From positions 1 to 20,688 of the forward strand of contig JBBSQY010000053.1 in the NCBI GenBank assembly GCA_038243585.1: 20,688 nt of DNA, in the 5' to 3' direction. Below the pieces are notes generated by a model, which had not been told where the DNA came from, did no database searches, and was given only the letters and a program-made list of their open reading frames with translations. Positions 9,777 through 17,612 of this stretch are shown piece after piece. A program made the position numbers and the translations under genes. Source of the DNA: Candidatus Sumerlaeales bacterium (GTDB lineage Bacteria > Sumerlaeota > Sumerlaeia > Sumerlaeales > Sumerlaeaceae). Position 1 is the first letter of the stretch, and each line of letters starts with the position of its first letter.

Positions 9777-10973
9777 ATGACCAATACGAAAAGCCCACTT
9801 GTAAACAGTTTGAGAGGCGCAACTTTGGATGAAATCTTAAATAGCGCGCGCCAAATTGCGAAAGATATTCTAACCGTTGACGCAGAACAAGTTGACACGG
9901 ACGCCCGCTGGCCGGAACGTGGCATCCGAGCATTGCAGCAGGCGGGGTTAGGCGGTCTAGTCGTATCTGAGGAGTTTGGGGGCCTGGGACAAGGGGCCCT
10001 GGCATTGGTTCGTGTAGCAGAGATTCTCGGAACCGAGTGTACGTCGACTGGATTATGCTACGGAATGCATTGCGTTGGAGCAGCGGTTATCGGGGCGAAA
10101 GCCACTCCGGATCAAGGCGAGCGTTATCTGAGACCGATTGCTCAAGGTCACCACTTAACGACCATAGGCCTGAGCGAGCCAGGAACTGGAGCTCATTTTT
10201 ACCTTTCGGAAACTAAGCTGAAAGCTGTTGACGGCGATAGCTATCAGATTTCCGGCACCAAAAGTTTCGTGACTAATGGCGCCCACGCCGATTCGTATGT
10301 CATCTCGACCGTTGCAGCCGATCCCGGCGCTCCCCCCGGTCAATTTTCGTGCGTGCTAGTCAATGAAGGAACTCCCGGTCTCGACTGGCAGTTGCCGTGG
10401 GACGGAATGGGCATGCGTGGTAATTCTTCCTGCTCTCTTAAATTGAATGAAGTTAAGATTTCCAAACGTGACCTTATTGGCGACGAAGGGGATCAAATCT
10501 GGTACATTTTTCAAGTGGTTGCTCCATATTTTCTCACCGCGATGGCTGGCACCTATCTGGGTCTGGCCTCAACTGCACTTAGAATTGCGCAGGATCACTT
10601 GACCAGCAGGACCTATTCGACATCCGGGGTTTCTCTTGCTCAAGTTCCAGTTCTCCAGCACCGTATCGGGGTCATGTGGGGCATGCTTGAGCGGACACGC
10701 CAACTGGTTTATTTCGCCGCCAGCCAGGTTGACCAGGGCGGTCCTGACGCCCTGCCTGCACTCTGTTCCGCCAAGGCTGAAGTAGCCGACTGCGCCGTTA
10801 ACCTTGTCAACGAAGCGATGACACTACTGGGCGGAATCGGATATCAACGCGGAGGCAGAATGGAGCGACTGATGCGTGATGCTCGTGCGGCGCATATTAT
10901 GGCTCCTACAACCGATGTACTCCGGACGTGGGTCGGCCGGTCAATACTTGGCCAGCCGCTGCTCGCGGATTAA
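9777..10973 (+). CDS. Acyl-CoA dehydrogenase-fold flavoprotein (catalytic Glu apparently absent)
   Basis: GLGGL.VSEEFGGLG, GLSEPGTG, ISGTKSFVTNG, WDGMGMRG, AK..VA, LLGGIGY and ERLMRDAR motifs. Confidence 0.92.
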   Translation: MTNTKSPLVNSLRGATLDEILNSARQIAKDILTVDAEQVDTDARWPERGIRALQQAGLGGLVVSEEFGGLGQGALALVRVAEILGTECTSTGLCYGMHCVGAAVIGAKATPDQGERYLRPIAQGHHLTTIGLSEPGTGAHFYLSETKLKAVDGDSYQISGTKSFVTNGAHADSYVISTVAADPGAPPGQFSCVLVNEGTPGLDWQLPWDGMGMRGNSSCSLKLNEVKISKRDLIGDEGDQIWYIFQVVAPYFLTAMAGTYLGLASTALRIAQDHLTSRTYSTSGVSLAQVPVLQHRIGVMWGMLERTRQLVYFAASQVDQGGPDALPALCSAKAEVADCAVNLVNEAMTLLGGIGYQRGGRMERLMRDARAAHIMAPTTDVLRTWVGRSILGQPLLAD

Positions 10974-10976
10974 CCA

Positions 10977-13421
10977 TTGAACAAGGTCTTACTGTACAAG
11001 GTCGATCCTATAACCTCTGACTTACTTCGTAGTTCTAACGACAAATTGGCTGAGTTTCAGCCAGTAGCAAGTCCAGACGAAGTGGCAACGATAGTAGCAG
11101 ACCAATCCCATGTGGTGGACGCGCTGGTCATCGGCACCTTCGTTGCGGATCCGGTCCGAGTGGCTCAGCAAACTTACGCGGTCAGCCGAGATGTAGGCGT
11201 AATGTTGCTGACAGAGACAATCCATTTAGATCAACTGACCAGGGCAGTTCAGTTTTCTCCGCTCCTTGGAAACGGTACCGTGTGTGTAGCCGTGGAGGAC
11301 ACAGCAAAAGTGCTGGAAGCATTTTATCAGACTCTTACGGCGGTGCGACGTCGACGTACACATCGAGCAACTATCGCTGCGGTCGACACGCAGATTCAGT
11401 CACAACTGCCTCCTATTCTGCATGGAACCTACGTTGAGCATCTGCTACACCACGCGCCCATAGGGGTGGTGGCAACAGATGAATTTGGAAAAGCCCTGGC
11501 GTGGAACACATTTGCAACAACGCTCACTGGCATTGTCGAGCGTGACGCATTAGGTGCTAGATTTCCCAGCCTTTATCCGGAGCCCTGGAGATCTCAGCTC
11601 GAGGCATTGATTACCAACGTCTCGACCAGCCCGCTTGACGGCTGGCCACCTCTTATAGTGGAAAACGCCACTATGGCCGTAGAAATGAAGATATCGCTGC
11701 TTGAGGGAGCTAAAGACAACCATCGTTTAATAATCCTCATGCGAGATATCACTATTCAACTGCGGGCAGAGCGCGAAGCCGCTGAGGCCACGCGTTTGTT
11801 AAAAAGCACCAACGAGGAACTGAGGAAAGCTCGTGATCGAGCCTTTGATGCAAGCCGCGCCAAAAGTACTTTTCTAGCCAATATGAGTCACGAACTTCGT
11901 ACTCCATTAAACGCGATTATCGGCTATGCTGAGATGCTGCAGGAGCAGGCACAGGATGGTTTACATGATGACCTTCCGGCTGACCTTCGTCGGATAAGCT
12001 CTGCGGGACGTCACCTTCTAATGCTGATCGGTGAAATTCTTGACATATCAAAAATCGAAGCTGGAAAGATGGAACTTTATATCAGCCGCTTCGACTTAGG
12101 GACATTAGTGGATGAAGTCACCGCGACAGTTCAGCCGCTGATTGAAAAGAACAGGAACCGGTTAATGACCACCTGCGATCAAGACCTTGGCCTGATGCAA
12201 ACGGATGAAACTAAGGTTCGCCAGATACTTTTCAACCTGCTCAGTAACGCTGCAAAGTTTACTGAAAACGGTACAATTAAGTTGTCTGTCGACCGGGAGA
12301 CAACCGATCAAAACAATCCAATCGATCGCGGCGACAAAGTGGATACAATAGTTATACAGGTATCTGATAGCGGCATTGGAATGTCTGAACAGCAAATTGA
12401 ATCGCTTTTCCGTGAGTTCAGCCAGGTCGACCCGTCATCAACGCGTCGCCACGGCGGAACAGGGCTTGGGCTGGCAATAAGCAGACGATTCAGCCAAATG
12501 ATGGGAGGGGACGTTAACGTCACCAGCACCCCTGGAACTGGCTCTATTTTCACAGCAAAGCTACCTATGATGGTTCCGGGTACTACGGATATTCCGTCTG
12601 AAAATATTGGTTTACTTGAAGCCGGCTTCAGTCGGGAGGTGGGATCGTCTTCTTATTCTCCAAATACCATTCTTGTCATTGACGATGACCCAACCGTGCA
12701 CCAACTGATGCGCCCCCTGTTGGAGAAAGAAAGATTTCATGTCGTTAGCGCCATGGATGGCAGACGCGGAATTGAACTCGCCAGGGAGATACATCCTCGT
12801 GCCATTATTTTAGACATTTTAATGCCAGAATTAGACGGTCGGTCAGTTCTGACTGAAATTAAAGCCGACCAAAAGCTTGCTGATATTCCTGTTATAATTG
12901 TCAGCCTTGTTGACCACAAAAACCTTGGCTTTGCTCTCGGGGCAACCGATTACCTGACTAAGCCATTTGAGCGCGAACGCTTGCTTTCCATATTACGCAG
13001 GTATCAATGCGACCTGCACACCTGCAGGGTTCTGCTTCTTGAGGATGATCTCGATACAAGGGATCTGCTGAACCGGCTGCTTATAGCTGCCGGATGCTCA
13101 ACGGTTACCGCCACTAACGGCCGGGAGGGACTTAGAGCTATGGAAGCCAGTATACCTGATATAATCCTTCTCGACCTTATGATGCCCGAAATGGACGGCT
13201 TCGAGTTTTTGGAAAGGGTACGTCAGGAGCCACTGTGGCGAAACACCCCGATAATCGTAATCACTGCCATGGAACTTAACGACGACGACCGCCATAACTT
13301 AAACGGAGAGGTTCAGCGAGTTCTTTATAAGGGCCACTACACTCGCGATGATCTTTTGCAGGAAATCTGCGACACGGTGGCGAGTCTCCCTCGCTTGCCG
13401 GAAAACGTTGAACACTCATAG
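10977..13421 (+). CDS. Cytoplasmic hybrid sensor histidine kinase: pseudo-receiver-like domain, PAS, HisKA, HATPase and two REC domains
   Basis: PAS ([13 protein letters not shown]...WN...RDIT). H-box [20 protein letters not shown]-box [11 protein letters not shown]1 DSGIG, G2 GGTGLGL. REC1 VIDDD/LDILMP/TKP and REC2 LLEDD/LDLMMP. No TM helix. TTG start 3 nt after the upstream stop. Confidence 0.95.
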   Translation: MNKVLLYKVDPITSDLLRSSNDKLAEFQPVASPDEVATIVADQSHVVDALVIGTFVADPVRVAQQTYAVSRDVGVMLLTETIHLDQLTRAVQFSPLLGNGTVCVAVEDTAKVLEAFYQTLTAVRRRRTHRATIAAVDTQIQSQLPPILHGTYVEHLLHHAPIGVVATDEFGKALAWNTFATTLTGIVERDALGARFPSLYPEPWRSQLEALITNVSTSPLDGWPPLIVENATMAVEMKISLLEGAKDNHRLIILMRDITIQLRAEREAAEATRLLKSTNEELRKARDRAFDASRAKSTFLANMSHELRTPLNAIIGYAEMLQEQAQDGLHDDLPADLRRISSAGRHLLMLIGEILDISKIEAGKMELYISRFDLGTLVDEVTATVQPLIEKNRNRLMTTCDQDLGLMQTDETKVRQILFNLLSNAAKFTENGTIKLSVDRETTDQNNPIDRGDKVDTIVIQVSDSGIGMSEQQIESLFREFSQVDPSSTRRHGGTGLGLAISRRFSQMMGGDVNVTSTPGTGSIFTAKLPMMVPGTTDIPSENIGLLEAGFSREVGSSSYSPNTILVIDDDPTVHQLMRPLLEKERFHVVSAMDGRRGIELAREIHPRAIILDILMPELDGRSVLTEIKADQKLADIPVIIVSLVDHKNLGFALGATDYLTKPFERERLLSILRRYQCDLHTCRVLLLEDDLDTRDLLNRLLIAAGCSTVTATNGREGLRAMEASIPDIILLDLMMPEMDGFEFLERVRQEPLWRNTPIIVITAMELNDDDRHNLNGEVQRVLYKGHYTRDDLLQEICDTVASLPRLPENVEHS

Positions 13422-13536
13422 ATTATACAGCAGAAGGTGCTTTAGATTGACGAAAGACTCATGACACCAGAGTCTAATTTATCCATGGAATTTGCCGCCG
13501 CCGCAGACGTATAAGCTAAATCTGTATGCAACGGCT

Positions 13537-13623
13537 GCCGGGATGGTGAAATTGGTAGACGCAAGGGACTTAAAATCCCTCGACCGTAAGGTCGTCCGGG
13601 TTCGATTCCCGGTCCCGGCACCA
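13537..13623 (+). tRNA. tRNA-Leu (anticodon TAA)
   Basis: Acceptor GCCGGGA/TCCCGGC plus ACCA. Anticodon arm AGGGA-CTTAAAA-TCCCT (TAA at 13571-13573). Long variable arm GACC-GTAA-GGTC. T-loop GGTTCGATTCC. Confidence 0.97.
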
Positions 13624-13929
13624 CCTGTACCTATTGCGGCACTAACAGCCAGTATCGTTTGCGGTATCTGCAAAGCGAGGGTGGAATCTAAAACCCATTA
13701 TGTACGGTCGGCCGAAAATCAGCACTTTAATAACATCACGTACTTTGCGCTGTTGAGCACATTTTTGAAGCGTGAATCATAAAATGCTAGCTTTTTATGA
13801 GGTTAAACGATGGCTGATAAAACACTTACACATTAAACGTGCAGTTTCTGGTGAGACTTAGAGCCGAACTCATCGCAGTTTCACAAAAGCACATTATAAG
13901 TGCATTAACTTTTTATCGAGGAATAGGGG

Positions 13930-14154
13930 TTGACACAGTATGATAAGACCTTATGGCTCTTGATGAATCAAATGTATCACCCAGTTTTTTCTGAAAGCAG
14001 TTTACCATCGCTTATGGCTGATAAGCCTACATTTGTTACTGACTATGAAGCTCCCGGGATTGAAGCTGTCCTCACCTCTGAAGAGGTTGAGCGGGAGATT
14101 CTATATGCAGGTAGCCTTACTCCACCGATCCCCTTTAACCCAATCCCGGACTAG
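13930..14154 (+). CDS. Small peptide, possible RiPP-precursor-like (74 aa from TTG 13930, or 46 aa from ATG 14014)
   Basis: ORF in an AT-rich intergenic region, with GAGGA 7 nt before TTG 13930. The C-terminal half reads DYEAPGIEAVLTSEEVEREILYAG-SLTPPIPFNPIPD. Confidence 0.5.
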   Translation: MTQYDKTLWLLMNQMYHPVFSESSLPSLMADKPTFVTDYEAPGIEAVLTSEEVEREILYAGSLTPPIPFNPIPD

Positions 14155-14222
14155 CTGATCGCCAAGACGCAACGGGACTGCGGGGTCGGCAGTATTTGGA
14201 ACAAAACGAGAAGGGCCTTTTT

Positions 14223-17200
14223 TCAGTAAACGTCCACGATGTTAGCGTCATCTTCCTCGTCACTGCGCGGCCTCTTACTACTAACAACATTTTCATACCT
14301 CAGCGGCGACAGCGCGTGAAGCAATGAAAGATCCATTTCCGCCTCCGCAACTATGCGAATTCGATCTTCCGGCAAAATCTTTTTTAGCGCGTAGTAGAAT
14401 GGTGGACTGAAAAATATCGGCGTTTTTTCAATTCCCCTGGCATGCCACCGGGACATTGCTCCATCCGGGACTTGTTGCAGGCTAACCGTCGTCCCCTGAC
14501 CACGGTAATAAGATATCAGATTCTTGATCAGACGCAGCGTACGAGTGTCTTCGCCCGCCAGATCCAGTTCAAGACCTTTCACATGGCGGCTCATCTCCTG
14601 CACCATTCGCAGCGTAAAAGCCGTAAAGCCTTTTACATAAACTTCATCTTTGCGGCGCTGAACTGTGCCGCCAATAAGAACAGGTGCGCTCGCATGAAGA
14701 GCCTGATCATACAGCTTGCTAATCTTGACCGGCATCGTAACCACATGACCTTCAAGATCAAGCAGTATATGCTCCTTCTCTTCAACCAGTGGGCTGCCTG
14801 ATTCCACGTGATCCAGAAAGCCCGCCACATGAACTTCCTTGCCCACCATGCGCGGGACAAGATCTCCAGGTGCCAGCGCCCGACATTTATCTACCAGGTC
14901 TTTATAAAGCAATAGCTGGTCAAACCCGATACAGTAGCCCGCCGCGGCTATCTCGTTTCGAATGATCTCCTGCAAGGGCAGTTCCGCCGTGTCCGGAGGT
15001 TCAACGGAGACCATAGTGGAGGGACGATCATCCTGCTCATCGAACAAACTTGGCGAGCCTGCGTCCCGTCGCGCAATCTCCACATCATGTTCCACGAGAT
15101 AGAGCATCTGGCTGCGCCGATACCCGAAACCATCCAGAGCCCCTGCCTTCACAAGGTTGGTCAGAACGCGCGTGTTTATTAATTTTGAATCTGTGCGCCG
15201 CACCAGATCCATAAGGTCGTTATAATCGCCGCCCTTGCGAGTCTCGTTCAATTCCGTGTAAGCCCGATGCCCTACGCCTCCAACTACCATCAGACCAGTG
15301 CGAATCGCCTTATGCACCTGGCTGAACTCGTATACGCTGAGGTTAATATCCGGCGGAAGAATCTTAAGTCCCATTTGCTTGGCTTCGCGAAGGATAACCG
15401 TAAACTTACGTCGGTTTTTAAATGTGTGGGTCAGAAGTGACGCCATGAAACTCATGGGGTAATGCGCTTTCACGTAGGCACAACGATACGTAAGCAGACA
15501 TTCGGGCACGTGTTCGCGCACGTCACTGTCCCCCGCCGCATTTGGAGAACGTTCCAGCCCTTTTACTTTGAGTAATTCCATAAACGTTCGCGGCCTGTGA
15601 GCCCGTAGCAGAGACTTCAGTGTAATACTGCTAAAGGGTTCAATGCCGTTGGTTAATCCGCGACACAACAAGTCATACGTCGCGTGGTCATCCATCGGAA
15701 TGCGGTCCGGATCGAAGGCAGAGTTCTCTTCTTTCCGCACCCAGTTCGCCGCTGAATCCAGGATGTTTAACACCGGGTCCGTCATCACCGTAATTCGGGG
15801 AATATGAAACAAATCCAGGGCGTTGCCATCCATCTGCGTTACAAGCTGATCGTCTACTGGCACCCGCGGCGTGAGGTGGTTTAAGTTTTCTGCGGAAATG
15901 GCAAACTGGTTTTCGTCTAGCGACAGATCGCGCGGGCGTGGCAAAAGCCGAGACAGCAGAAAGTTCTCAAATTCCGCGCTGGGAAGCGCCACACCGTCGA
16001 CCTTACCGGGGAAAAAGTCTTCCAGCGGGGAATCCACCGTCAGATTCCGATACTCAGGCAAGTCTGTTTCATGGTCCGTCCGGCCAGGCTTAGCGTACAG
16101 CCATGCCCTTACTTCACGTCCCAGTCCACTCGATTGCCACCAGGTAAATTTGCCGACCGCGCTACAAAAATCATGGCCGAAGGTTTCTCGCATAAAGTCA
16201 TGCAGAGCCTCAATATGGCGCAAGGGCATCTCTACGGATAAGGCGGGTTCGGCTTCGTTATTGTCTCTGGAAAACCCGAGGAATCTCATTTTATAGTCGA
16301 GGGGATTGATCCGCGTAATGCCCAGAATGTAAGCGACCAGGCTGGTAATCATATCGCCCCGACCAACGCCCACGCTGATCTTGTTTTTCCGAACAAACTG
16401 GGCGATGTTCCACAGCAACAGCATATTGTTTGAAAGGCCGTGAGTTTTTATGTAGTCAAACTCTTCGTTTAGCCGGTTTTTAATATCCGGCGAGAGCTCA
16501 ACAAAACGTGCTCGTGCTTCGCGAAAGGCCAGATCCCACAGAAAGCTGTCTGCGTCGAAACCTCGAACGAAGTCATGAACCGGGAACCGGCGCTTTTGAT
16601 AGTTCAGCTGAAAGGAACAACGATCTGCCACTTCCTCGGTCGCATACAACGCCCGCGGATATTTCAAAAATCGATCGCGCATCTGCATGCCGCTGGCAAC
16701 ATGCTGAGAATGGGCAGTATCCCGCACCGCCTGGAACTGAAGAAAGCTCGGAAAGCGACCCCGCATAAGAAAATCGCGAGCAAGGCTGTCTTCCGGTCGC
16801 AGGTAGCACACGGCGTTTGTGGCCACGCATCTCACATTTAAAAAGTTGCTCAGCGCAAAGATTTGGTCATTGATCTGCTTCTGGCGCGAGACCTCCACAT
16901 CTTCCAGCTGAAGAATCAGGTTGTCTCTCCCGAAAATTCTTGCCAGTTTGCGTATGTAATTTTCTGTCTCTTCGACGCGGTTGTTTAGTAGGAGATGGTA
17001 GAGCTCAGAAGAAGAACTGCCGGTGAGCGCGATCAGGCCGCCTGCGTGTTTTTCCAGCGATTCCAAATCGATCCGGGCCTTGCCCCGCTTGCTCTGGGCG
17101 TGGCTGATGTTTACCAGACTGACCAGATTTCGATAGCCCGCGTCGGTTTCCGCTAACAGGACAATCCGGAACGGCTGATCATTGGTCATTTCTGATTGGG

Positions 17201-17414
17201 CAATAGGCACTATGGTCATATCGCAACCAATGACTGGACGTATGCCCGAATCTCGACATGCCTGGCAAAAAGACGCGACGCCGGCAAGCGTGTCCTGGTC
17301 CGTCAAGCCGAGCGCCCGCATCCCCAAGCGCTCTGCATAACGCACCAGATCACGGACTGATGCTACTCCATCAGGTGAAAAATGGCTGTGTACATGAAGA
17401 TGGACAAAATCCAA
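14223..17414 (-). CDS. dnaE: DNA polymerase III alpha (DnaE) homolog, predicted catalytically inactive
   Basis: PHP (FVHLHVHSHFS.DG, ALGLTD, GYRNL..L), palm (VGVGRG...SLVAYILGIT.INP), YVKAHYP..FMASLL, ILPPDIN.S, HhH (GVG..A), LVKAGALD, OB-fold and CTD. Uninterrupted 1063-aa ORF, but the PDIDxD and KxD motifs are replaced. Confidence 0.9.
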   Translation of the reverse strand: MDFVHLHVHSHFSPDGVASVRDLVRYAERLGMRALGLTDQDTLAGVASFCQACRDSGIRPVIGCDMTIVPIAQSEMTNDQPFRIVLLAETDAGYRNLVSLVNISHAQSKRGKARIDLESLEKHAGGLIALTGSSSSELYHLLLNNRVEETENYIRKLARIFGRDNLILQLEDVEVSRQKQINDQIFALSNFLNVRCVATNAVCYLRPEDSLARDFLMRGRFPSFLQFQAVRDTAHSQHVASGMQMRDRFLKYPRALYATEEVADRCSFQLNYQKRRFPVHDFVRGFDADSFLWDLAFREARARFVELSPDIKNRLNEEFDYIKTHGLSNNMLLLWNIAQFVRKNKISVGVGRGDMITSLVAYILGITRINPLDYKMRFLGFSRDNNEAEPALSVEMPLRHIEALHDFMRETFGHDFCSAVGKFTWWQSSGLGREVRAWLYAKPGRTDHETDLPEYRNLTVDSPLEDFFPGKVDGVALPSAEFENFLLSRLLPRPRDLSLDENQFAISAENLNHLTPRVPVDDQLVTQMDGNALDLFHIPRITVMTDPVLNILDSAANWVRKEENSAFDPDRIPMDDHATYDLLCRGLTNGIEPFSSITLKSLLRAHRPRTFMELLKVKGLERSPNAAGDSDVREHVPECLLTYRCAYVKAHYPMSFMASLLTHTFKNRRKFTVILREAKQMGLKILPPDINLSVYEFSQVHKAIRTGLMVVGGVGHRAYTELNETRKGGDYNDLMDLVRRTDSKLINTRVLTNLVKAGALDGFGYRRSQMLYLVEHDVEIARRDAGSPSLFDEQDDRPSTMVSVEPPDTAELPLQEIIRNEIAAAGYCIGFDQLLLYKDLVDKCRALAPGDLVPRMVGKEVHVAGFLDHVESGSPLVEEKEHILLDLEGHVVTMPVKISKLYDQALHASAPVLIGGTVQRRKDEVYVKGFTAFTLRMVQEMSRHVKGLELDLAGEDTRTLRLIKNLISYYRGQGTTVSLQQVPDGAMSRWHARGIEKTPIFFSPPFYYALKKILPEDRIRIVAEAEMDLSLLHALSPLRYENVVSSKRPRSDEEDDANIVDVY

Positions 17415-17612
17415 ACGATTCCCAAACCTAGTTCATAATCTATATTTAAATGCAGAGCAGGAGTCGCTCACGGCAAGCATAAACATTTGCCGCGCCCTAT
17501 TGTGCGTTTTTTCTTTTGCGTATGGAATGATAGTTTTTCTTGCCCCGCTGGTCCAGGTTGTCACACAGATAATTCAAAGTCGCAAATCATGATCACAGAG
17601 GCCCAACTACCA

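Noticed and set aside
13442..13782. ORFs 13442-13624(-), 13479-13673(-) and 13492-13782(+)
   Set aside because: They overlap the tRNA-Leu gene and are spurious translations.
14177..14222. Terminator between the peptide ORF and the convergent dnaE homolog
   Set aside because: Only a 5-bp stem (ACTGC/GCAGT) and a separate T-run; too weak to call.
14223..17414. Calling the gene error-prone DnaE2/ImuC or a pseudogene
   Set aside because: No imuA/imuB neighbours and no SRDF-type C-terminus, and DnaE2 keeps the catalytic Asp residues. The ORF is uninterrupted, so it is not a classical pseudogene.
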